Shown here: positions 10,071-19,516 of the stretch, piece after piece | How positions within the stretch are numbered: the stretch's first letter is position 1 | Layout: every line of letters begins with the position of its first letter | Source of the DNA: an uncultured Desulfovibrio sp. | Lineage (GTDB): Bacteria > Desulfobacterota > Desulfovibrionia > Desulfovibrionales > Desulfovibrionaceae | NCBI GenBank assembly: GCA_947176055.1 | Contig: CAMWPE010000001.1 | Location: 1-34,707, forward strand | DNA: 34,707 nucleotides | Direction of reading: 5' to 3' | The notes under the pieces: generated by a model | The model's input: the letters and a program-made list of their open reading frames with translations, nothing else | Databases searched by the model: none | What the model was told of the DNA's origin: nothing | Translations under genes and position numbers: made by a program

Positions 10071-10928
10071 TTAATTCCGCGAGCGTTTGAAAGCGGCCCA
10101 GAGGCAACTCGCGGCGAACCAGAGGCAGGAGACGAGAATAATCGTCGCGCCGCTCGCCGTAGCCATCCATTCCTGCGCGGACAGCATAAGGCCGATCACG
10201 CTGGAACTGACACTGACCGCTATCGACCACCAGAACAAACCGCGCATACTCCATGCGAGCTTTCTGCCAGCCGAGGCTGGCACTACCAGCATCGCCGTGA
10301 CCAGCAAGACCCCGACGGCGCGAACGGAGAACATCACTACCAAGGCGAGGATGGCCGCGAAAAGATATTGCCAGAGTCCGGCCGACCGGCCTTCGATCCG
10401 TGCCAGGGATGGAGAGAGGGCGACGGCCAGAAGGCGATTCCAGCCCCAAAACTCGAACAGACAGAGCGCGACCAGGAGCAAGGCGAGGATCGTCAATTCG
10501 CTCTCCGTGACAGTGAGAATATCGCCGTAAAGATACTGCTGGATATCCCGGGCCAGGCTGGGAGCGCGGCTGACTACGGCCAGACCGAAGGCGACCACAG
10601 CCGAAAACACAATGCCGATGGCCGCGTCCGGCGACAGCCCGCTTTTTCTCTGCGCCGCCATGATGCCCAATCCGATTACCACGCCGAAGACCAGCACGGC
10701 TGTTTGCGGCGGAGCTCCCAAAATCAGGCCTATGGCCAGACCGGCGAACGCGGAATGACCCCCCGCGTCCGAAAAAAAGGCCATCCGGAAATTCAGGACA
10801 TGAATCCCGAGCATGGCCGTCATTGGGCTCAAAAATAGCAGGCCAAGCAAGGCCTGACGCATGAACCTGGGTTCCAGTGTATCGAAAGGGAGCAAACCCA
10901 GCAAAGCGTAAACGCCGGAAAAATCCAT
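10071..10928 (-). CDS. znuB: Zn/Mn ABC transporter permease (ZnuB-like)
   Basis: RMAFFSDA..HSAFAG, YLYGDIL and VGVLLVTAMLVVPA motifs of the ABC-3 family. Confidence 0.85.
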   Translation of the reverse strand: MDFSGVYALLGLLPFDTLEPRFMRQALLGLLFLSPMTAMLGIHVLNFRMAFFSDAGGHSAFAGLAIGLILGAPPQTAVLVFGVVIGLGIMAAQRKSGLSPDAAIGIVFSAVVAFGLAVVSRAPSLARDIQQYLYGDILTVTESELTILALLLVALCLFEFWGWNRLLAVALSPSLARIEGRSAGLWQYLFAAILALVVMFSVRAVGVLLVTAMLVVPASAGRKLAWSMRGLFWWSIAVSVSSSVIGLMLSAQEWMATASGATIILVSCLWFAASCLWAAFKRSRN

Positions 10929-10930
10929 TT

Positions 10931-11776
10931 TCAGCTCGTTATGTCGCCGTCTATGTTGTCGCTATAGGCCAGATTTCCCAAAGCGCCGCATCCGGCGCAG
11001 ATGGGCCCGGGATTTTCGCACTGATTGGGGTAGAGATGAATCGGCACGCCGAAAAGCTCGAGAAGCGTGGAGGCGGTAAGCGTGGAGCGGGGCGCTCCCT
11101 GGGCGATCATTTCTTTCTTCACGCAGATCACATGCGTGGCGTAATGCGCGGCCAGAGGCAGGTTGTGGCTGACCATCAGCAGGGTAAAGCCCAGCTCGCG
11201 CCGCGATTTATCCAGCAATTCCCAGAAAAGCCTCTCCCCCCGATAGTCCACGCCGGCCTCCGCCTCGTCCAGAGCGAGCAGTCGCGGACGACGTCCCAGC
11301 GCGGAGGCCAGCAGGACCCTTCTTAATTCGCCGCCTGAAAGATCGCCCAGCCGTTGATTTTCAAGCTTCTCCGCGCCAACGAGTTCGAGCAACTCGCGGG
11401 AGCGACGCCGGTTTTTGGGCGAGCAACCAAGCCAGAGCGGTTTTTTTTCCGCGTTGAGGGAGAGAAATTCGTAAACGCGAAGGGGCATTTGCGCGTCCGC
11501 GAAGAGATGTTGCGGAACGTAGCCCAGAACAGGGCGCGTCGCCCGGTCGCCATCGAAGCTCACAAACTCTATATGACCGGAATATTCCGTTTCCTCGAGC
11601 AGGCATCGCAACAATGTCGTCTTTCCGGCGCCGTTGGGACCCACGATGACCGTGGCTCCGCCGCAGGGCGCCGAAGCGGTGATTTCGTCAAGAATCAGAC
11701 GGCCTTCCCGCCTCACGCTCAATCTTTCGAAGCGAACCCCGACGCCGCGCTCGCGGACATCGGCATTAGTTGTCAA
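10931..11776 (-). CDS. znuC: Zn/Mn ABC transporter ATP-binding protein (ZnuC-like)
   Basis: Walker A GPNGAGKTT, GYVPQ, LSGGE signature, LALDE Walker B and VSH switch. Confidence 0.85.
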   Translation of the reverse strand: MTTNADVRERGVGVRFERLSVRREGRLILDEITASAPCGGATVIVGPNGAGKTTLLRCLLEETEYSGHIEFVSFDGDRATRPVLGYVPQHLFADAQMPLRVYEFLSLNAEKKPLWLGCSPKNRRRSRELLELVGAEKLENQRLGDLSGGELRRVLLASALGRRPRLLALDEAEAGVDYRGERLFWELLDKSRRELGFTLLMVSHNLPLAAHYATHVICVKKEMIAQGAPRSTLTASTLLELFGVPIHLYPNQCENPGPICAGCGALGNLAYSDNIDGDITS

Positions 11777-12650
11777 AGGTCCCCTCCAGAACTTTGAGAT
11801 TGTCGTTCATGATCGTCTGATAATAATCGAGCGGGGGATTCTCCGGGCCGCTGGCGCAGGGATCGAGGCGGATAAATTCAATGCCGGTTTCCTTGGCCAG
11901 GGTTCGCAGGAGCCGGTCGTCGAACTGGGAATCCCCGGCCAGAACATGGGGCTTTTTCTCCAGAAGCTCTTTTTTGAGCGAGCCCAGTTTCGCGGCCGAA
12001 TTGCCATGCTCGACCATGACCCAGGCGGCGAGATCGGCGTTCGCGGCAAGATAGGCAAGCGCGTCATGCTCGATGGCTATGCCCTTGTTCTTCGCCTTTT
12101 GGCCGACTTGTTTAAATTTAGCGCTTATTTCTTCCAGGGCCGTCGCGTAAGTCTCCGCGTTTTTGCGGTATAAGCCGCCGTTGGCGGAGTCGGCTTTCGC
12201 GAGGCCTTCGGCTATGTTTCGCGCCATGAGAGCGGCGTCGCCAGGAGCCGCGAAAATATGGGGATTTATATGTCCGTGCCCGTCGGCCAGAAGCTGGATT
12301 CCCGTCGCGGCGTCTATTACCCCGACTCCCGGGGCGAGATTTTTCAGGGTTTTTTCCAGAAATTCCTCGAGCCCGGCGCCATTAATTACGAGGATATCCG
12401 CTTTGGCCAGTTTTTGGGCGTCCTGAGGACGAAGCGCGAAATCGTGCGGACAGCCGGTCGCCGCCGGAATTAACAAAGACACGGTCGCGCCTGGAACATT
12501 GGCGCAAATATTGGACGCGAAAAGATACACGGGAAATGTGGAAGCGAGAACATTCAAATTTTTCTCCGCCGCTCCGGATCTGACCGGTCCGGACGCGAAT
12601 AGAATGAAAAGGGCGCAAACGGCGGACAGCAGGAATCCTTTTCTTGTCAT
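11766..12650 (-). CDS. znuA: Zn/Mn ABC transporter substrate-binding protein (ZnuA/TroA family)
   Basis: Signal peptide; CPHDF, NGAGLE, NPHIF and HDALAYL metal-ligand motifs. Confidence 0.85.
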   Translation of the reverse strand: MTRKGFLLSAVCALFILFASGPVRSGAAEKNLNVLASTFPVYLFASNICANVPGATVSLLIPAATGCPHDFALRPQDAQKLAKADILVINGAGLEEFLEKTLKNLAPGVGVIDAATGIQLLADGHGHINPHIFAAPGDAALMARNIAEGLAKADSANGGLYRKNAETYATALEEISAKFKQVGQKAKNKGIAIEHDALAYLAANADLAAWVMVEHGNSAAKLGSLKKELLEKKPHVLAGDSQFDDRLLRTLAKETGIEFIRLDPCASGPENPPLDYYQTIMNDNLKVLEGTFDN

Positions 12651-13477
12651 TTGTTTTCTCCGTCTTCATTTTGCCATTGGACTAGTTTATTCATTATAAA
12701 ATCGCGAATCGCCGCGCGTTGCTCCCGGCCGGCGCCCTCTATTTTTACAGGCTCGCCGAAAGCGAAGCGGGCGGGTATATCCGGCCTGATCCGGCCCAGC
12801 TCCTTCGCGAGCCTCCCCATGCCCCAGGCATCCGTTTTCAAGGCCAGGGGAATGAGCGGGACACCGGCCCTGGCCGCGAGTTTCTCGCCGATGGTGTTGA
12901 ACTGTCGCGGATCGAATTCCCTCGATCTCGTATGCTGCGGAACCACGACTATGGAAACGCCCTTGTTTAACCGCTCCGTCCCGCCGGAAAGAACAGTCGC
13001 GAGATCCTCGCGCGGATTTTCGCGGCGCACTACCACAGGATCGCGGGAGCGCATGACCGGTCCGAACAGCGGCATGGTTGTCAGGCTTTTTTTCACAACG
13101 AAAGTAACCGGTTTAATCGGGCGGATGACGGCGGGAAGAAAAAATGTCTCCATAACGCTCATATGATTGGCGACGAATACGCATGGTCCTTCGGTCGCGG
13201 CGACCTTGTCCAGACCCTCCACTATCAGGGAACCGCCGATCCTTTCCAGCTCGTCCGCGCACGCCGCGCTGGCGGCCACCCAGGCCGCGTCGTCGCATTG
13301 CCCCGCCGCGCCTTTGCGGAACAGCCATTGCACCGGCCCGGTAATAAGCCGGTAATAAAAATAAAGACTGGGAAAAGCCCTAGCCATGACCGGCGGCCGG
13401 GGGGAGCCGCCCTCGTACCTTTCGCCCCTGCCATATTTGTCCCGCATACGGGGTTCGTTCATCATGGAATCCGTCAT
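12647..13477 (-). CDS. Lysophospholipid acyltransferase (PlsC-like)
   Basis: FVANHMSVME (HxxxxD/E), FVVKKSL and PQHTRS (PEGTRS-like). ATG 13477 overlaps the rarA stop (ATGA). Confidence 0.82.
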   Translation of the reverse strand: MTDSMMNEPRMRDKYGRGERYEGGSPRPPVMARAFPSLYFYYRLITGPVQWLFRKGAAGQCDDAAWVAASAACADELERIGGSLIVEGLDKVAATEGPCVFVANHMSVMETFFLPAVIRPIKPVTFVVKKSLTTMPLFGPVMRSRDPVVVRRENPREDLATVLSGGTERLNKGVSIVVVPQHTRSREFDPRQFNTIGEKLAARAGVPLIPLALKTDAWGMGRLAKELGRIRPDIPARFAFGEPVKIEGAGREQRAAIRDFIMNKLVQWQNEDGENK

Positions 13478-14697
13478 TTTTCGCTGTTCGCGCTGTCGCG
13501 CAACTTGCGCCACCACTGGGATAGCGAGGGCTCGGCCCCGTTTCCCCTTGGCTGGTAAAAACGCTCGCCGATCAGCGCGTCCGGCAAATATTGTTGCGCG
13601 ATCCAGGATTGAGGCCAGTTATGAGGATATTTGTAATCCTTGCCGCAACCTTCTTTCTTTTGCAATTCCGTCGTCGCGTTGCGAAGATGCAACGGGACCG
13701 GCTGTTTTCCGTTTTGACGGATGGAGCGGGCCGCGTTAATATAGGCGGCGTAAGTAGAATTGCTCTTTTTGGCCAGGGCCAGATAGACCACTGTTTCGGC
13801 CAGGGGAATGAAACCTTCCGGCATGCCGACAAATTCCACGGCTTGCTGGCAGGACACGGCGAGATTCAAGGCGTCCGGATCGGCCAGTCCCACGTCCTCG
13901 GACGCGGAAAGTATCAGTCTCCTGCAAATAAACCGGGGATCCTCCCCGCCCTCCAGCAGACAGGCCAGATAGTACAGGGCCGCGTCGACGTCGCTTCCGC
14001 GAATGGATTTGACGAGGGCGGAAGCCAGCTCGTAATGACTGTCTCCGTCCTTGTCGTGCCTCTGAAGAAACTCCGGCAGGGCCGAGCGCAACTCCTGGGG
14101 GGATCTTTGATCTTCCGGCAAAGCCGCCGCGAGCTCCACCAGATTCAGCAGGGAGCGCGCGTCGCCGCCGGCCCGCGCCGCCAGCAACCTCACCGATTCC
14201 GGAGGCAGGGTCGCGCCCAGTTTTTTCAATCCCCTGTCGGCGATCTCCGTAAGCTCGGAATGACTCAAAGGCTCCAGCTTTAGCGTATGCAACCTAGATA
14301 ACAATTGCCTCGTAACGCTGAACGAAGGATTTTCCGTGGTGGTTGCGATAAGGGTAAGCTCGCCGCTCTCCAGCAATGGCAGGAAAAAATCCTGTTGCGC
14401 CTTTGAAAACCTGTGCAATTCGTCAAGGATCAGGATTGAGCGCGATTTCAGGGAAGCCCGGAGCCGGGCCAGCCCCATCTCCGGAGCGGACACGCGAATA
14501 AACGGCAAGCCCGTCGATCTGGCAAGGAGCAAGGCGAGAGTCGATTTGCCGCAACCCGGCGGACCGTACAGGAGGAGGCTGGGCAATCTTTTGCCGCCAA
14601 AGAGATGTTTGAGCCTGGTCTCGAGCTTTTTCTGGCCAATAAATCCGTCGGGCGTCTCCGGACGCAATAGATCCGCCAGCGGCCGGGAATCCGTCAT
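13474..14697 (-). CDS. rarA: Replication-associated recombination protein RarA/MgsA
   Basis: PLAD.LRP, GPPGCGKST, DELHRFSKAQQD, TTENPSF, KSIRGSD, SEDVGLAD and VPLHLRNA. Start 14697 is coupled to the rsmE stop. Confidence 0.95.
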   Translation of the reverse strand: MTDSRPLADLLRPETPDGFIGQKKLETRLKHLFGGKRLPSLLLYGPPGCGKSTLALLLARSTGLPFIRVSAPEMGLARLRASLKSRSILILDELHRFSKAQQDFFLPLLESGELTLIATTTENPSFSVTRQLLSRLHTLKLEPLSHSELTEIADRGLKKLGATLPPESVRLLAARAGGDARSLLNLVELAAALPEDQRSPQELRSALPEFLQRHDKDGDSHYELASALVKSIRGSDVDAALYYLACLLEGGEDPRFICRRLILSASEDVGLADPDALNLAVSCQQAVEFVGMPEGFIPLAETVVYLALAKKSNSTYAAYINAARSIRQNGKQPVPLHLRNATTELQKKEGCGKDYKYPHNWPQSWIAQQYLPDALIGERFYQPRGNGAEPSLSQWWRKLRDSANSEK

Positions 14698-15446
14698 TAT
14701 TTTTCCGCCCGCCGAAAATCTGGATGTCCTGGCAATTGTGAGGCCCACCAATGCAAACCGAGACAAAGCGTCGCCGCGGTTTCGCAACGCAGCACGCGAT
14801 CGCCAAAACTGACGGCGGAGAATCCGGCGCCCGCGAGAAGCTCAAGCTCGGTTTCGTCGAACCCCCCTTCGGGCCCTATGACATAGATAGTGTCGCCCGC
14901 CATACCAAGCCGATCGGGAGAAGCCATCGGGACGCCGTCGCTCTTCTCCCAGGGCTGAATTTTCCAGTCAAAATTCGCCGAAGCGGAGATAATATCCTCC
15001 GCGCCGCGGAAAACGCGGGTTTCCGGCAACCATGGATTATGCGATTGCTTGATTCCCGCGATCAGCTTCCCCCGGACCGCCCGGGCCAAATCCTCGTCCA
15101 GTCGGCCCTGGCCGCGGCGCGCGTCCCAGAGCCAGATCGCCCAGGCGCCAAGCTCCGCGGCCTTCTCCATAAAAAAATCGCGCCGGACGGCTTTGCTCAA
15201 AGCCAGGGCCATGGTCGGCCTTGCCGCGGGCGGCGGAACAAATTTTTCGGAGACTATCCGGAGAGAAACGCTTTTTTTCATTATCCGGGTTATCCGGCAT
15301 CCGGCTATACGGCCCTTGCCGTCCAGGAGCAGGGCTTCGCCGCCTTCCTTCAGGCGCAGAACATGGCAATGCCGGGCCTCGGACTCGTCGAGATCCGGCT
15401 CGTCGCCCCATTTTTCCGGAGGAAGATAAAAAGCTGGGATACTCAC
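14697..15446 (-). CDS. rsmE: 16S rRNA m3U1498 methyltransferase RsmE
   Basis: H..VLRL, EKAAELG, IGPEGGF and LRCETA SPOUT motifs. Confidence 0.94.
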   Translation of the reverse strand: MSIPAFYLPPEKWGDEPDLDESEARHCHVLRLKEGGEALLLDGKGRIAGCRITRIMKKSVSLRIVSEKFVPPPAARPTMALALSKAVRRDFFMEKAAELGAWAIWLWDARRGQGRLDEDLARAVRGKLIAGIKQSHNPWLPETRVFRGAEDIISASANFDWKIQPWEKSDGVPMASPDRLGMAGDTIYVIGPEGGFDETELELLAGAGFSAVSFGDRVLRCETAATLCLGLHWWASQLPGHPDFRRAEK

Positions 15447-17209
15447 GCCGAAACAGCCTCCCCCGCCTTGTCCGCGTCGGAGCGCGCGCGGCGTTTGCAG
15501 ATAGCCTTAACAGAATCCAGAATCGAAACCAGGCGTCCGTAATTCATTTTTATTTCCCGTCCGGATTCCGTAAGCTCGCAATCCGGCGGCGAGAGATAGC
15601 GCCGCTCAAGGTATTTGTCGCAAAGAATGGTTTCGGCGCAACGGATGGCCATTTCCGCCAGCTCGGGAAAATAGTTGCCAAGCTCGAACTGCAAATCTCC
15701 CAGAACCTTGACCGCCAGGCCGATCATCTTGCGGTAGGTGATCCTCTTCCCCTTATGCGTCCGGCGAGTGAGATCCTGAAGAGCGCGGACGCGTCTGGCC
15801 TGCTGAATATAGCTGAAGCGACCGCAGACTTCCTGATGCAGCTCGCGGGCGGAATCGAAGGAGTCCTTTTTCCTGACGTCATTCAGATACCCAGTCAGCA
15901 CTTTGCTTACTTCATGATAAAACTTGTCGTTGTTGCCGATCATGCGCCTATTATGTTTATTTAACCAAGTATAGAGAAATTTCAGCCTTTTTTCGTCCGT
16001 GTCCGTGTTTTCCACAATCTCCGAGCGCTTATATACTATTTTGCCGTAATATTCCCCTCGCACTATATCGTTTAACCGGAGGAACATATCCGTTTCGTCC
16101 TTAATGATATTGAGGCCGGAGAGGATTTCCCCCGTCCTCGGATGGAGAATTTCCTGCGCGGCGACGGACAGGGCGCGATCCTGGCGCAAATTGTCCGGAT
16201 TATATCTGTGCTGGCGATAAACGACGCGGATGATTACGACCCGCCTGTCCTTGTCCAGGAAAAAGCCTTTGCGGTCTATGGTTGAAAAAGCTTCTTCCTG
16301 ATCTTTTCCCACCGCGACGAGAGCTATTTTTTCCACCGTCGGAAAACGTCTGTTTTCGCCGTTGGAAACATAGGTCGTAATCGTCCTGTCCGATTGCCCC
16401 AACACGCGCAAAAGGAAATTTTCGCCCATTTTGTGCAACTTGCGCGCGAAAAGGGCGCTGGATGTGCGTCTTTCGGAAACAATGGGAAACCCGTACAATT
16501 CCATAAGGTATTGATATACGAACATCCTGTTGCGCTCGTACATTTCATGGTCGCCGTAAACGAATTTTCCTATTTTTATTCCGAATCTCTTGAGCTCGCT
16601 GTCAATATCCGAAGGGAAGGACGCGAAGACTCCCGCCAGATGAAACAATTTATCCTTGTCCAGGGCGAGCACTTGAGCCCTGTCCATTTCGAGAAGATAA
16701 GGCAACAGCGTTTCGTAATTGTCAAGCAGGGTAACATCCATGCCCCTGTGAGCGTAGCGGAGTTTATCCTGCATTTTCTTTGGAAGGCGCCCGCACAGGG
16801 CCCGAAGATTCTGGTCAGCCACCTGATTTTCCAGGGGACAACGCGAGCCGTCGCCGGAATCGGTTATGGAATGGAGTTTGTCAAACTGGAAGATTTCGGA
16901 AAAATATTCCAGAGGGCGCGCGAAAGCCACTAGCGAAAAGCCCGGCAACTCGGAATATTCCTGCATCGCGTTTTCGAATGACGGCAACAATTCCCGCGCC
17001 TCCACGAGGGGGTAGCCGGATATTTCCTGATATGGGCGAACCAGGCAATTGCGGATGTGAATGGCGTCGAGAAAAGACTTTAGACTGGCCAGATCTGTCG
17101 CCGCGACGGAGCCATAATCGTTGTTTTTCAGAAGCGGGATGTCGCTGTAAATTTCCTGCCAGGGCACCATTTTTATAATCGCCTTTTTCCAATGGCAATT
17201 TTCGCTCAA
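15443..17209 (-). CDS. Hypothetical soluble protein (588 aa)
   Basis: Long ORF whose stop overlaps the rsmE start. No motif recognised. Start uncertain (TTG 17209 or ATG 17170). Confidence 0.8.
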   Translation of the reverse strand: MSENCHWKKAIIKMVPWQEIYSDIPLLKNNDYGSVAATDLASLKSFLDAIHIRNCLVRPYQEISGYPLVEARELLPSFENAMQEYSELPGFSLVAFARPLEYFSEIFQFDKLHSITDSGDGSRCPLENQVADQNLRALCGRLPKKMQDKLRYAHRGMDVTLLDNYETLLPYLLEMDRAQVLALDKDKLFHLAGVFASFPSDIDSELKRFGIKIGKFVYGDHEMYERNRMFVYQYLMELYGFPIVSERRTSSALFARKLHKMGENFLLRVLGQSDRTITTYVSNGENRRFPTVEKIALVAVGKDQEEAFSTIDRKGFFLDKDRRVVIIRVVYRQHRYNPDNLRQDRALSVAAQEILHPRTGEILSGLNIIKDETDMFLRLNDIVRGEYYGKIVYKRSEIVENTDTDEKRLKFLYTWLNKHNRRMIGNNDKFYHEVSKVLTGYLNDVRKKDSFDSARELHQEVCGRFSYIQQARRVRALQDLTRRTHKGKRITYRKMIGLAVKVLGDLQFELGNYFPELAEMAIRCAETILCDKYLERRYLSPPDCELTESGREIKMNYGRLVSILDSVKAICKRRARSDADKAGEAVSA

Positions 17210-17368
17210 AAATCTTCATTAACGCCGGGCGCCGTTATGAGACAAAATCCCGCTGGCGTCCCGGCGGGATGCCGCGAACCAATATTTTTCCTTATCGACC
17301 CGCTATAATATAAAGCGTTTTCCCGATTTTTTCCAGCCCCGTCGCTACGCGGACAAGACTTATTTTCC

Positions 17369-17397
17369 TTGCGGTAAAACTACCCTTCTGATAAACT
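17369..17397 (+). promoter_or_regulatory. Putative sigma70 promoter for GAF-mreB-suhB
   Basis: TTGCGG, a 17-nt spacer ending in TGA (extended -10), then TAAACT, 35 nt before ATG 17433. Confidence 0.4.
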
Positions 17398-17432
17398 GGT
17401 CAATGGTCGGAACACACTAAACCCCCGGTTGC

Positions 17433-18476
17433 ATGAAATCCATATCTTTAGAAGACCATGTGCTAGGCATCGTCTGCAGCGTGTTTGAAGCCTATTCGGC
17501 CGTGCTCTTCCTGCCGGAGGAAGATGGCGAAAGTTATCGCCTCGCCGCGGCCTTTACCCTGGGCGACGATATCTCTCCAGACGTGACAATTCAGCCGGGC
17601 AAAGGCCTGGTGGGATGGATAATCGAAAATCGCAAGCCTCTTCTTATACCCAATATTGATCAGCATAAAGGCGCCCTGGGTTATTACGATTCGGAGGCTA
17701 AGGCGGGAATAAAGGCTTTCATGGGTTTTCCCGTGCCCACCGGGGGGGCTCTTTGCGTGGATAGCAAACGTCTCTACGCCTTTTCCGAAAGAGACTACAA
17801 GATTTTGCAACTTTTCGCCGAGTTGATAGCGAGGCAGCAGAGCCTCCGCCAGAGCGAGATGGACGGCGATATTCCCCGCTATTTCGCCGAGCTTGGCGTC
17901 ATTCAGGATTTACGCTTTCATTACAAACGCTGGCCGGATTTCCTCAAAAATTTCCTTCGCGCCATGAGCGAGGCCTCGGAATTTGATTATTGCGCTTTCG
18001 CCACATTGCAGGAGGGAGGCGATTATTACACTCTCGAGTGCGAGTCCGCGCCCCTGTTGCTTTCCAATGGCCAGGAACTCCGCCTTCCTTTGGGCAGCGG
18101 CGTCACCGGCTGGGTGTTTCAGTACGAGCAACCCGTTTTCGCGGAGGACGGGAGTATGCCGTCGTCATCCGCCCTTTTCGGCAAGACCGCTGAGATGCCC
18201 GATTTTCCCTCCGCGATGTGCCTGCCGGTGATGATAAACAAAACCTGCCGGGGAGTCTTGTGCATGGCCAATACGGAGCCGCGGACGATAGACGAAAGTC
18301 TCCGCAGCTTCGCCCGTCAGGCTGTCGATCATCTTGGACTTTTCCTGGAAAACATCTATTTTAAAAACCGCTTGCAGAATCTTCTGCCGAAAACCACTCT
18401 TGCCAGGGAAGGAGGCAGAGTCTACGATCCCGACTCAGCTCCCATGCCCCTAAAAAATGACGACTCCCGGGAATGA
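17433..18476 (+). CDS. Tandem GAF-domain protein with no output domain
   Basis: Two GAF-like repeats: PGKGLVGWI...PV..GALCVDS...FSERD and LGSGVTGWV...CLPV...GVLC. Confidence 0.8.
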   Translation: MKSISLEDHVLGIVCSVFEAYSAVLFLPEEDGESYRLAAAFTLGDDISPDVTIQPGKGLVGWIIENRKPLLIPNIDQHKGALGYYDSEAKAGIKAFMGFPVPTGGALCVDSKRLYAFSERDYKILQLFAELIARQQSLRQSEMDGDIPRYFAELGVIQDLRFHYKRWPDFLKNFLRAMSEASEFDYCAFATLQEGGDYYTLECESAPLLLSNGQELRLPLGSGVTGWVFQYEQPVFAEDGSMPSSSALFGKTAEMPDFPSAMCLPVMINKTCRGVLCMANTEPRTIDESLRSFARQAVDHLGLFLENIYFKNRLQNLLPKTTLAREGGRVYDPDSAPMPLKNDDSRE

Positions 18477-19504
18477 TACCACTCTTTGAACGCATCGCCA
18501 GATTCTTCAGCGCGGATATCGCCATGGATCTGGGCACGGCCAACACGCTTCTTTTCACCAAAAAACATGGCATTGTCATAAACGAGCCGTCGGTCGTAGC
18601 GCTGGATAACCGCACAGGCGGCATTGCGGCCATCGGCGCCCGGGCCAAGCAATATCTCGGCAGAACTCCCGATAGAATCCGCGCCGTGCGTCCATTAAAG
18701 GACGGAGTAATCGCGGATTTTGACATTACTCGCGCCATGATTGGCAATTTTATTAAAAGGACCATGACCGGTCTGGCCATAACGCGGCCGGGCATGGTTA
18801 TCTGCATACCCAGCGGCATTACCCAGGTGGAAAAAAGGGCCGTGATCGAGGCGGCGCGTCTCGTGGGCGCGCGTTCCGTCAGCCTTGTGGAAGAGCCGAT
18901 GGCGGCCGCGCTGGGAGCCGATTTGCCTGTGCACGAGCCTGTGGGAAACATCGTCCTGGACATCGGCGGAGGCACCAGCGAAGTCGCCGTCATATCCCTG
19001 AATGGGGTGGCCGTTTCCCGTTCTCTCCGCGTAGCGGGCGACGCCATGAATTTGGCTATTCAGCGTTATCTGCGCGACGTGTTCCATCTGGAGATCGGCG
19101 AAAATACCGCCGAAAATATAAAGATTCTGCTCGGAAGCGCCTGCCCGCAACCCAACGCCCCCACACTGGAGGTTTCCGGCAAGGACGTAGCCCGCGGCTG
19201 TCCCCTCACCATCACCATTACCGAAGGACATGTGCGCGAGGCTTTGAGCGACAGCCTCAAGGCAATCCTGAACGTGCTTTTGCATACCCTTGAGAAAACG
19301 CCTCCGGAACTGGGAGCCGATATCTCCAGAAACGGCCTCTTGCTGGCGGGAGGAGGATCCTTGCTAAAGGGCATGGATCAATTTCTTTCGCGGGAAACGC
19401 GGCTGAAAGTCTTTCTGGACAGCGATCCTCTGACGACAGTCCTGCGCGGAACCGCGAAAACCATGCTGAATCGAGCCAAATATGAACCCCTGTTTATAAA
19501 TTAA
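18473..19504 (+). CDS. mreB: Actin-like rod shape-determining protein MreB (paralog)
   Basis: DLGTANT, NEPSVVA, RPLKDGVIADF, EEPMAAA, DIGGGTSEVA and LAGGGSLL. Confidence 0.93.
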   Translation: MIPLFERIARFFSADIAMDLGTANTLLFTKKHGIVINEPSVVALDNRTGGIAAIGARAKQYLGRTPDRIRAVRPLKDGVIADFDITRAMIGNFIKRTMTGLAITRPGMVICIPSGITQVEKRAVIEAARLVGARSVSLVEEPMAAALGADLPVHEPVGNIVLDIGGGTSEVAVISLNGVAVSRSLRVAGDAMNLAIQRYLRDVFHLEIGENTAENIKILLGSACPQPNAPTLEVSGKDVARGCPLTITITEGHVREALSDSLKAILNVLLHTLEKTPPELGADISRNGLLLAGGGSLLKGMDQFLSRETRLKVFLDSDPLTTVLRGTAKTMLNRAKYEPLFIN

Positions 19505-19516
19505 AGAGTCCCGATC

